A stretch of DNA of 63,757 nucleotides, filler included. It is 5 parts of 5 records of this genome, joined end to end, with 100 filler letters (N's around TTAATTAATTAA, not from the genome) between each part and the next. Parts side by side here need not be neighbours in the genome. Positions count along the whole stretch, not along the records: positions 39,341 to 44,997 come from DRR723986_2436; positions 45,098 to 53,708 come from DRR723986_2440; 3 more parts are not named here. One strand, written 5' to 3'. Under the pieces are notes generated by a model that saw nothing but the letters and a program-made list of their open reading frames with translations, was not told the DNA's origin and made no database searches. Positions 41,199 to 49,633 of this stretch are shown here, in pieces. Numbering within the stretch: position 1 is the stretch's first letter; the number at the start of each line of letters is the position of its first letter. The position numbers and the translations under genes were made by a program.

Positions 41199-41452
41199 CA
41201 TGCACGGCACAAAAGCGCTAATTCGGCAGCTGCGGTCAGGCGGGTAAATGTTAAAAGTGCGCGGGATGATTACGCATAAGACATGCTCTTACGAGCCTGG
41301 AATTTATCAAGCAAAGTTACTGTGCTTGGGCATTTTTATGTAAATTCCTTTCCCCCTTCAAAAAGTCATGGGCCCCAAGTCACAGGCTCCAACCAGGAAC
41401 ACGAGCAAGACGACCAGAGCAACAATCACATCAGACGTGTGGAAAGCCAACT

Positions 41453-43126
41453 ATGCAGCAAGATCCAGAAGCTAAAGATGCCAGGCAAAATTCAAAACCG
41501 TACGACAACATCCGCACAGATCAACCGGAGTTGGTAGCTGAGTCTCTTAAACAAATCATACTGCATTCACGCTCAGCACCGGCTGCGGCGAATGAACTGC
41601 TTGACGAGCTACTCGCGCAGCCCTGGCTGGAACAGAACCCGGATGCACATGTACGCGCGCTCCTCTCCAAGGCCGAAGTAATGCGCCTGCTCAAGTCTGA
41701 CACCACTCGTGAGAAATACTTACTGAAAGGTCTGGCACTTACCGAGGAACATGGGCTGACGCGTTTGCGCGGCGACGCCTTAAATGCCATTGGATTACTT
41801 AACTACTACTACAACAAACTGGCGCCGGCACATACCCAGCTGAAAATGGCACTTGAAATTGCGCTGGAAGTAGACTACCCGCCTTTGATAGCGAATGTAT
41901 ACAACAGTTTAACGATCGTTTCCAATAAACTTTGTGATTATGGCGCCGCCCTGCGTTATGGACTGGACTCCTATGAGCTCTATCGCAAGTTGGGCAATGA
42001 TCGCGGGCAGGGTACAGCGCTGAGCAACATTAGCTCAATTTACATTGACCTGCGCGAACACGACACCAGTATCAAATATTCTGAGCGCGCTTTGCAGCAC
42101 CGGCTGAAAGCCAATGACCTGGTTGGTGCACATGCCACCTGCATGAACCTGAGCGTCTGTTGGTTCAAAAAGCGTGAACATGACAAGGCGATCAGGTGGC
42201 TGGATGAAGCGGAAGAGCTGGTGTATAAGGCCCGGCCGGACGACATTCCGATTGTACTTTCATACCAGTCCTATGTGCGCGCCCGCGCCGGACGTGCACG
42301 CCAGGCGGAGCGCTATTTGCGACGCGCACTGGAAGTAGAAGAAGGCATCGCCGAGTTTGGTGTGCGCCATGACTACAATTTGTATCTGGCCAACACATAT
42401 CATCTCTTGGGCAATCACGTGGAAGCTGAGCGGCGGCTGAAAATTCTATTGGCGTTGGACTCTACCAACTTTCCTTCTGAGGACGCACAGGGCGTACATC
42501 GACTGATGTATGACGTACTTATGAGTCTGGGCCGTAATGCAGAGGCGCAACATCACTTACGCTTGTACAGTCGCATCCGAGAAGACGACCGCAGCCGCAA
42601 GGTTATCGCCGAAGTATTTGCTGTTAACGCACGCCGTGATGTGTTAAACAGTTCGCTTAAAGATCAGAATTCTAGCCGTATACCCGATACTTCACAGCAG
42701 GATATGCGCAATCGCCTGCAGGACACTCTGCATTCACATGTTCGCAGCGCAGAAGTTCTGCAGTCAATTCGCAAAGAAATTACGAAAATCATGCCGGAAC
42801 TAGACAGCGATGCAGCCAGCATTGCACAAACCACACTGGGAACTATTGAGGATGGCCTGGAGCGCCTGAAGCACTCCCCACTTCCCGAGGGTTTCCTGGA
42901 GCAGCAGCACCACGAATTCATAAAAAAGCTGCACAACACCGCGCCCAACCTTACGCCAACAGAACTACGCGTCTGTGTGTTACTGCACTTGAAGTTCAAA
43001 AGCAAGGATATGGCACAGATGCTTTCCAGCTCCACCGCCACGATTGGAGCACATCGTAAAAATATCCGCAAGAAACTATCACTTGAGCCTGGCGTTAATC
43101 TTACAAGTTTCCTTCTTACACTATAA
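41453..43126 (+). CDS. TPR-repeat protein with C-terminal LuxR-type HTH (paralogue 2)
   Basis: Same architecture; HSPLPEGFLEQQHH and LTPTELRVCVLL...SKDMAQML..TIGAHRKNIRKKL align with paralogue 1. Confidence 0.85.
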   Translation: MQQDPEAKDARQNSKPYDNIRTDQPELVAESLKQIILHSRSAPAAANELLDELLAQPWLEQNPDAHVRALLSKAEVMRLLKSDTTREKYLLKGLALTEEHGLTRLRGDALNAIGLLNYYYNKLAPAHTQLKMALEIALEVDYPPLIANVYNSLTIVSNKLCDYGAALRYGLDSYELYRKLGNDRGQGTALSNISSIYIDLREHDTSIKYSERALQHRLKANDLVGAHATCMNLSVCWFKKREHDKAIRWLDEAEELVYKARPDDIPIVLSYQSYVRARAGRARQAERYLRRALEVEEGIAEFGVRHDYNLYLANTYHLLGNHVEAERRLKILLALDSTNFPSEDAQGVHRLMYDVLMSLGRNAEAQHHLRLYSRIREDDRSRKVIAEVFAVNARRDVLNSSLKDQNSSRIPDTSQQDMRNRLQDTLHSHVRSAEVLQSIRKEITKIMPELDSDAASIAQTTLGTIEDGLERLKHSPLPEGFLEQQHHEFIKKLHNTAPNLTPTELRVCVLLHLKFKSKDMAQMLSSSTATIGAHRKNIRKKLSLEPGVNLTSFLLTL

Positions 43127-43710
43127 CTGCCTGTTGGCTTACCCATTTTATACCCGATTTTTCAGCTATCTCCAGCGCTTCCCAATCTGCATATTGCATT
43201 CAAGAAAACGCGCCGCAGCAGGACAAACACATTCAAGCAAAGCTGCCCCGGTAGCTTAGCGTGGCGCAAGAGCTTGACATGTCAGCATGTTAACCAAAGG
43301 TAAACCTGTTTAACACAGTTTTTGGCGGCAAACGGACATGAGTAATTGTAGTGGATATTCACGTTCGGGTGCCGTGCATTCGGCTTGTTAAAGGGACTTA
43401 CCATGCTACTGATAGTTGGCTCAGCTGCTGACCGCCCCGTTGCGGGACGGACTTCTCAGCGGCACGCACACACTTCGGCTCAACACGTTTGGGTTGTAGT
43501 AATCATTATAGCAGAGTTTATGTAATAGAAGCTCTCAACGAAGGAGGGACGATACTGTTAACTCAAGTACTTTTTGGTGAATCCTGGTTGCTGTGGAGGC
43601 AGTTGTCTTGACATCTGTTACCAACGCTCGGGGGGGCGTTCCGCATCAACGTGACTTCAGGTTTTACTTAAATATCACTTGACATTAACACTTGTCACTC
43701 AATTCAGGCG

Positions 43711-43754
43711 CGGCTGCCGGTTGAATTTTCAACCAGGCGGCCGGGCCATTTTTT
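43711..43754 (+). terminator. Intrinsic terminator ending a region with no long ORF
   Basis: CGGCTGCC-GGTTGAA/TTCAACC-A-GGCGGCCG stem followed by TTTTTT. Confidence 0.65.
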
Positions 43755-43806
43755 GTTTAAAGGCCACCGTCCAGGCCCCGTCCACACTGGAGTGGTGCGC
43801 GCCTGT

Positions 43807-44793
43807 TTAATCGTGCTGCAACTCCATAAACCGTCCACTGGTAAGGACATAGACCAGCGGTGATTCAGCCAGACGCCGAGCAATAACATTCATTTCAGTT
43901 CCAAGATGGCTCGGCAAAGTAATGTAAAACTCTTCGGGCCGGTATTCGCGCGTGGCGGAAATGATTTTAGTGCAATCCAGACTCTCCAGCAACTCCAGGG
44001 CCTGTTCGGCTTTGACACCTTCACGAAATGTCACGTGCATATGATTTGTTAAAAATGAGATATCTTCGCCGCCACTCAACAGCGGAACCTGATAGATGAT
44101 TGGCCCTGCAGATTGAATCGCCGGATTGGCACGGGCGGCGCGCAGAATCGCCCGCTCGCGAATGTAGAGCGGATCAATTGGCCGCCCCAGCATTTCTTCG
44201 TCATGAAGTAAGCCCAGGTACATTGTTGTGTCGGACAGCAAACGCTTGTACAGATGCACACTTAGGCCGGGCAAGTTAAAGTCTGCGCCAAAAATATCAG
44301 CACTGTTAAGTTTGTCGATAGGCTCAGCTGTGGTAAGTACAAAAGCAAAACGTCCGGGCTGGGGTCTGTAAGGCATCGGGCTCTCGCTGCCGGCATAGTA
44401 CCAGAAGTCGCGCGCCTGCCCCATTACAAGCGTTGAGACCGTCATGAAATTATGTGTATCGATTGTTGCATACGCGTCGGCCAGGCCTACAGCCTGCGCC
44501 ACAACGCGCACGTAGCGTTGCTGGGCGGTGACAATGAAAGCCTTGTGCCAGGGATCGTATTGCAGTTGGTTTTGTTGATTGCCTGCAGAATCGAGCGTGA
44601 AGGCTTTAACGTTTGCGCCGGTGAGAGTCATGCCGACAGGTCCCAGCAGCCTGAGCATTTTCGGCTGATTTGCGTGCAGGCTAAGGCAGGTGTTGGCGGC
44701 GACGGCCCCTACCAGCAGCAGAATAATTTTGGCCATGACGAGTTTCCGGGCTGTTGTAATTATGGATTGGCAAATGCTGGTTTTGGGGTTCAT
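43807..44793 (-). CDS. Exported hypothetical protein; C-terminus resembles a subtilase prodomain-like fold
   Basis: Hydrophobic signal-like AKIILLLVGAVAA; start uncertain (44793 or 44736). C-terminal LTNHMHVTFREGV...ARRLAESPLV. Confidence 0.65.
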   Translation of the reverse strand: MNPKTSICQSIITTARKLVMAKIILLLVGAVAANTCLSLHANQPKMLRLLGPVGMTLTGANVKAFTLDSAGNQQNQLQYDPWHKAFIVTAQQRYVRVVAQAVGLADAYATIDTHNFMTVSTLVMGQARDFWYYAGSESPMPYRPQPGRFAFVLTTAEPIDKLNSADIFGADFNLPGLSVHLYKRLLSDTTMYLGLLHDEEMLGRPIDPLYIRERAILRAARANPAIQSAGPIIYQVPLLSGGEDISFLTNHMHVTFREGVKAEQALELLESLDCTKIISATREYRPEEFYITLPSHLGTEMNVIARRLAESPLVYVLTSGRFMELQHD

Positions 44794-44833
44794 TGTAGAT
44801 TTGGGAGGAGATATTGAATTTTGATGGACGCTT

Positions 44834-44949
44834 TGCGATGCAGACGCAAAGTTTTTGAGTGGTGAGTTGCGATGTAGACTCAAAGTTTTTGAGCGGTGAT
44901 GTGCCAATGCAGACGCAAAGTTTTTGAGCGGTGAGTTGCGATGTAGACC
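44834..44949. repeat. 34/35-bp tandem repeat (about 3.4 units)
   Basis: TGCGATGYAGACKCAAAGTTTTTGAGYGGTGA units start at 44834, 44868, 44902 and 44937 (partial). Confidence 0.9.
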
Positions 44950-44997
44950 CGTAGCATTTCAGCTGTGAGCACTTAGGGCTGTGAGCTCATTTTCTAC

Positions 44998-45097
44998 NNN
45001 NNNNNNNNNNNNNNNNNNNNNNNNNNNNNNNNNNNNNNNNNTTAATTAATTAANNNNNNNNNNNNNNNNNNNNNNNNNNNNNNNNNNNNNNNNNNNN
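44998..45097. other. Artificial contig linker
   Basis: N-run + TTAATTAATTAA + N-run. Confidence 0.97.
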
Positions 45098-45098
45098 G

Positions 45099-46421
45099 AT
45101 CCCGCAGAATTTTCAGGAAAGCATGGTCTATCTGCGCACCGCGGTGAGCGTTGATCCCAAAGGCTGGGCGAAGTTCGACTATGTGAAGATGCCGGAGTAT
45201 CGCTGGGGCGTGTTGCTGGCACCGGCGGTTGAGGACCGCAAGATCCCGATGGGCGAGCATTACGGCGAACCTGCATGGCAGGAGGTGCCGGGCGAGTATC
45301 GCAATATGCTCAAGCGTCTGATTGTCATTCAGGGCGATACAGAGCCGGGTTCGGTGGAACAACAGCGGTTTCTTGGTCTGACGGCGCCCTCCCTTTATGA
45401 CATGCGCAATCTGTTTCAGGTCAATGTCGAAGAGGGGCGTCACCTTTGGGCGATGGTTTATCTTCTGCAAAAATACTTTGGCCGCGATGGCCGCGAAGAG
45501 GCGAATGATCTGTTGGTGCGCTCCTCCGGGTCTGAGGATGCGCCGCGCATGTTGGGTGCGTTCAACGAGGAAACGCCTGATTGGCTGTCTTTCTTTATGT
45601 TCACCTATTTCACCGACCGTGACGGCAAGATGCAGTTGGAAAGCCTTGCGCAGTCTGGGTTTGACCCACTGTCTCGCACCTGCCGGTTCATGCTGACCGA
45701 AGAGGCGCATCACATGTTTGTTGGCGAGACAGGCGTGGGCCGGACCATTCAGGCAACTGTCGAGGCGATGAATGCCAATGGCATCACCGATCCTTACGAT
45801 ATCAATAAAATCCGCGATCTGGGGGTGATTGACCTGCCGACGATCCAGAAAAAGCTGAATTTGCACTATACGCTCTCGCTGGATCTGTTTGGTCAGGAGG
45901 TTTCGACCAACGCCGCCAATGCCTTCAACGCGGGGATCAAAGGCCGCTATATGGAGCAGCGGATTGATGATGATCACAAGCTGAACGATGCGACCTATCC
46001 GGTGACCTCGATCAAGGATGGCAAGATCCTGACCGAAGATGTGCCGGCGCTGACCGCGATCAACATGCGCCTGCGCGATGACTACGTGCGCGATGCGGCG
46101 GGCGGCGTTGGCCGCTGGAACAAGCTGATTGCCAAGTCTGGAGTGGAGTTTGAACTGAAGCTGCCGCACGAAGGGTTCCACCGCCAGATCGGTGTATTCA
46201 GCACCGTGGCGATTGACCCCGATGGCAATATCCTGTCGGCGGAAGACTGGCAAAAACGGCAGGGAGAGTGGCTGCCGACCAAGGCGGATGGTGATTTCAT
46301 CCAATCCTTGATGGTGCCGTGTTTCGAGCCGGGCAAATATGCCTCATGGATTGCTGCGCCCAAGGTCGGGATCGACAACAAGCCGGGCGATTATGAGTAT
46401 GTTAAGCTGCACATGGCCTGA
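45099..46421 (+). CDS. boxB: Benzoyl-CoA 2,3-epoxidase subunit B, 5'-truncated
   Basis: VYLRTAVSV, YVKMPEYRWG, QGDTEP, di-iron ExxH motifs EEGRH and EEAHH. Frame is open from the contig start. Confidence 0.95.
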   Translation: MPQNFQESMVYLRTAVSVDPKGWAKFDYVKMPEYRWGVLLAPAVEDRKIPMGEHYGEPAWQEVPGEYRNMLKRLIVIQGDTEPGSVEQQRFLGLTAPSLYDMRNLFQVNVEEGRHLWAMVYLLQKYFGRDGREEANDLLVRSSGSEDAPRMLGAFNEETPDWLSFFMFTYFTDRDGKMQLESLAQSGFDPLSRTCRFMLTEEAHHMFVGETGVGRTIQATVEAMNANGITDPYDINKIRDLGVIDLPTIQKKLNLHYTLSLDLFGQEVSTNAANAFNAGIKGRYMEQRIDDDHKLNDATYPVTSIKDGKILTEDVPALTAINMRLRDDYVRDAAGGVGRWNKLIAKSGVEFELKLPHEGFHRQIGVFSTVAIDPDGNILSAEDWQKRQGEWLPTKADGDFIQSLMVPCFEPGKYASWIAAPKVGIDNKPGDYEYVKLHMA

Positions 46422-46503
46422 CAGTTTGGCGGGATGAGTCCCGCCCGGCGGCACACCAAGGGTGGGGGTCTCTCCGCCCTTCTTTTGATGAATGGGAGAG
46501 CCT

Positions 46504-47682
46504 ATGACCACCCCCGTCAAACAGCACCTGATTGATCCCGAGATCTGTATCCGTTGCTATACCTGTGAGATGACCTGCCCAATTGGGGCAATCGAACATG
46601 ACGACAACAATGTCGTTGTGAATGCGGATGTCTGTAATTTCTGCATGGATTGTATCCCGGTCTGTCCTACGGGGTCCATTGACGAATGGCGGGTGGTGGA
46701 AACGCCTTACACCCTTGAAGAGCAGTACGGATTTGATGAACTGCCCGAACAGGCCGAGATCGAGGCGGCGCCAGCGGGTGGTGACGAGGGCGACGCAGAT
46801 CCGGTTGCGGCCCTGTTGGCCGAGGCGCACAAGGGCGCGGGCGGCAAGGCGCGTGCGCCACTGACAGCGGCGAAACCGGCGGTCAATATGTACACGCTTG
46901 GCAAACCGGCCAAGATGAAGGTGCAGGGCAACTACCGGCTGACCGACGATCCAAGCCATGATGTGCGCCATATCATTCTGGACCCCGGCGCATTGCCCTT
47001 TCCGGTGCTGGAGGGGCAATCGGTCGGCATCATTCCACCGGGGCAAGATGCGGAAGGCAAGGCGCATCTGCCGCGGCTCTATTCCGTGTCCAGCCCCCGC
47101 GACGGAGAGCGCCCCGGCTATCACAACATCTCGTTGACGGTAAAACGCGAAGATGGGGGGCTGGCGTCCAACTATCTGTGCGATCTTGAGCAAGGCTCAG
47201 AGGTGGAGGTCACAGGCCCGTTTGGGTCTACTTTCCTGATGCCGAATGATCCCAACGCACGGCTTTTGTTGATCTGTACCGGCACCGGGTCCGCGCCGAT
47301 GCGGGCATTCACCATGCAGCGGCAACGTGGCGGTGCCACGGGCGGCATGACCATGTTCTTTGGTGCGCGCACACCTGAAAGCCTGCCCTATTTTGGCCCG
47401 CTCAAGAAGATCCCGGAAAAGATCCTGCGGCAACATCTGGTGTTCAGCCGCCTGCCGGATGCGGACAAGGAATATGTGCAAGACCGGATCGTGGCCGAAC
47501 AGGATGAGGTTGCCGAGATGCTGGGCGATGACCGCACCCATATCTACATCTGCGGGTTGCGGGGGATGGAAGAGGGGGTTGAGCTTGCCATGACCTCCAT
47601 CGCCGAAAGCATCGGCCAGCAATGGACCGCCCTGCGCGATGTCATGCGCGACGAGGGCCGTTATCATGTGGAGACCTATTAA
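46504..47682 (+). CDS. boxA: Benzoyl-CoA 2,3-epoxidase reductase subunit A
   Basis: KQHLIDPEICIRC..C...CP plus a second CxxCxxCxxxCP; FNR motifs RLYS, TGTGSAP, ICGL, YHVETY. Confidence 0.95.
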   Translation: MTTPVKQHLIDPEICIRCYTCEMTCPIGAIEHDDNNVVVNADVCNFCMDCIPVCPTGSIDEWRVVETPYTLEEQYGFDELPEQAEIEAAPAGGDEGDADPVAALLAEAHKGAGGKARAPLTAAKPAVNMYTLGKPAKMKVQGNYRLTDDPSHDVRHIILDPGALPFPVLEGQSVGIIPPGQDAEGKAHLPRLYSVSSPRDGERPGYHNISLTVKREDGGLASNYLCDLEQGSEVEVTGPFGSTFLMPNDPNARLLLICTGTGSAPMRAFTMQRQRGGATGGMTMFFGARTPESLPYFGPLKKIPEKILRQHLVFSRLPDADKEYVQDRIVAEQDEVAEMLGDDRTHIYICGLRGMEEGVELAMTSIAESIGQQWTALRDVMRDEGRYHVETY

Positions 47683-48108
47683 GTGAGCGGCGACAATTTT
47701 GTGCATCCGGTCAATGTCACCTGGGCCGATTGTGACCCGGCCCGCATCGCCTATACCGCGCGGCTGCCGTATTTTGCGCTGGATGCGATCAATGCCTGGT
47801 GGGAGGCGCATCTGGACGGTGACGGTTGGTTCCAGATGGAGATTGATCGCAATGTCGGCACGCCATTCGTCAACATGTCGATGGATTTTCGCAGCCCCGT
47901 GACGCCTCGCCATAAGCTGTTGTGCGAAACATATCCGACACGGCTGGGCGACAAGTCGATCACCTTTGCGGTGAAGGGGCGGCAAGATGATGTGCTGTGT
48001 TTTGAAGGCCGCTTTACCTGCGTGTTTATCATTGCTGATCAGTTCAAAAGCCAATCGGCGCCGGCAGAGTTCAGGGCGGTGATTGAGCCGCGTTTGCGTG
48101 CGGAATAG
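47683..48108 (+). CDS. Acyl-CoA thioesterase (4HBT hot-dog fold)
   Basis: VTWADCDPARIAY motif; abuts the boxA stop. Confidence 0.85.
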   Translation: MSGDNFVHPVNVTWADCDPARIAYTARLPYFALDAINAWWEAHLDGDGWFQMEIDRNVGTPFVNMSMDFRSPVTPRHKLLCETYPTRLGDKSITFAVKGRQDDVLCFEGRFTCVFIIADQFKSQSAPAEFRAVIEPRLRAE

Positions 48109-48192
48109 TGCAAAAAATCGTTCCGTAAGGATTGTTTTTCGCCAAATGACAGGCAACGATGCAGTATTATTCCTAATCATCTCTCTGGTTTT

Positions 48193-49080
48193 ATGACTGA
48201 CCTTTCCCCCTCAGAAGACCTCGGCGCCGCTTTGATTGCGCGCCTGGCAGCCCGCGTGGCGGAGGCCCGCAAGCTGCGCGGGCTGTCGCGGAGGGTCTTA
48301 TCGGAGATGTCCGGTGTCTCGCCGCGCTATCTGGCGCAGCTGGAGGCCGGAGAGGGCAATATCTCGGTGCTGCTGTTGCAGCGGGTGGCCAGTGCCCTTG
48401 ATCTGCGGATTGAGGCGCTGTTGGCTGAAGGCATCCCGATGGACCACGAGGCAGAGCGGATCACGGCCTTGTTCCGGCAAGCGCCGCCGCAGGTGCAGCA
48501 ACAGGTCTGCGGGTTGCTAGCACCGCAAAACCCCAAAGTGATGCGGGCAGGCCGGATCTGTTTGATCGGGCTGCGCGGGGCGGGCAAATCGACCCTTGGC
48601 CGTATGGCCGGAGAGGCGCTTGGCATTCCGTTTGTTGAGCTGAATCACGACATCGAAGCAGACACCGATATGCCACTGGCCGAGGTGATGGCGTTCTATG
48701 GCGAAGACGGCTATCGCAAGCTGGAGGCCGAGGCGCTGGAGCGGGCATCGGCCAAACATGACAAGATGATCCTTGCCGTTGCGGGCGGGATCGTGGCCCA
48801 GCCGGACACTTATGCCCGCCTGCTTGAGCGGTTTCACACCGTCTGGATCAAGACCAGCCCGGCAGAGCATATGCAGCGCGTGCGCGGGCAGGGTGATCTG
48901 CGTCCGATGGAGGGCAACCCGGCGGCGATGGCGCATCTCAAGACACTGTTGGAAAGCCGGATACCGCTTTACCAACGGGCCGAGGCGCAGGTGAATACAA
49001 CCAACCGTGCGGTGCGGTCATCGGCCAATGATCTGCTGGCGGTGATAGCCAAACACCGTTTCCTTGACGGGGCCAAATGA
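48193..49080 (+). CDS. boxR: BoxR/BzdR-type regulator (XRE HTH + shikimate-kinase-like domain)
   Basis: SGVSPRYLAQLEAGEGNIS; GLRGAGKST; AEHMQRVRGQGDLRPM; located in the box cluster. Confidence 0.9.
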   Translation: MTDLSPSEDLGAALIARLAARVAEARKLRGLSRRVLSEMSGVSPRYLAQLEAGEGNISVLLLQRVASALDLRIEALLAEGIPMDHEAERITALFRQAPPQVQQQVCGLLAPQNPKVMRAGRICLIGLRGAGKSTLGRMAGEALGIPFVELNHDIEADTDMPLAEVMAFYGEDGYRKLEAEALERASAKHDKMILAVAGGIVAQPDTYARLLERFHTVWIKTSPAEHMQRVRGQGDLRPMEGNPAAMAHLKTLLESRIPLYQRAEAQVNTTNRAVRSSANDLLAVIAKHRFLDGAK

Positions 49081-49583
49081 CCGGAGCTGATGCGGCGGCT
49101 GTGTTGCAGGATGCGTTCTGGCAGGCCGGCGAGGCGCTGATGTATCGCCATACTACGCCATGGGAGGTGGACGAGGCGCTGACCAACTGGGGCTATACTA
49201 TGGGCCCATGTGAAGCGCAGGATTTGATCGGGCTTGAAAAGGTGCTTGCCCGTGATCCGAACCGCCCAGTGCCGATTTTGCCGCGCATGGTGGCGGAAGG
49301 GCGCATCGGTAAATCGGGCGGCGTTGGCTACTATCGCTACCCCGGTGGCGGCGGGGCGGTTATTGATCCTTTGATCGAGGATATGTTTCGCGAAGAGGTA
49401 TGGTTTGCCAGCGATGCCCGGAGCGAGATCAGCGATGCGCAGATTGTCCGGGCGATGAATGCCGCGTTGGTCCAAGCGTTGGATCGGCTGTCCCTGCCGG
49501 ATGCGGAGGCGTTGTCTGTCTTGGTGCGGGCCGTGCATTTCCCCAAAGACAAAACCTTGGGGGAGCTCACCCAGCGGGCATAA
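49077..49583 (+). CDS. Stand-alone 3-hydroxyacyl-CoA dehydrogenase C-terminal-domain protein
   Basis: TPWEVDEAL..WG..MGPCEAQDLIGL, MVAEGRIGKSGGVGYYRY; no Rossmann domain; ATGA overlap with boxR. Confidence 0.75.
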   Translation: MTGADAAAVLQDAFWQAGEALMYRHTTPWEVDEALTNWGYTMGPCEAQDLIGLEKVLARDPNRPVPILPRMVAEGRIGKSGGVGYYRYPGGGGAVIDPLIEDMFREEVWFASDARSEISDAQIVRAMNAALVQALDRLSLPDAEALSVLVRAVHFPKDKTLGELTQRA

Positions 49584-49611
49584 AAAAGGCCGCGACATGC
49601 GCGGCCTTTTT
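49582..49611. terminator. Bidirectional intrinsic terminator
   Basis: AAAAAAGGCCGCG-ACATG-CGCGGCCTTTTT between convergent genes. Confidence 0.85.
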
Positions 49612-49633
49612 CAATGTCTGTGATTGGCGAGTT

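Noticed and set aside
41283-41537. 84-aa ORF between the TPR-LuxR genes as a signal peptide precursor
   Set aside because: Overlaps gene 2 out of frame and has no clear signal sequence; unsupported.
44834-44949. CRISPR array
   Set aside because: Repeats are head-to-tail with no unique spacers, and no cas gene is in the contig.
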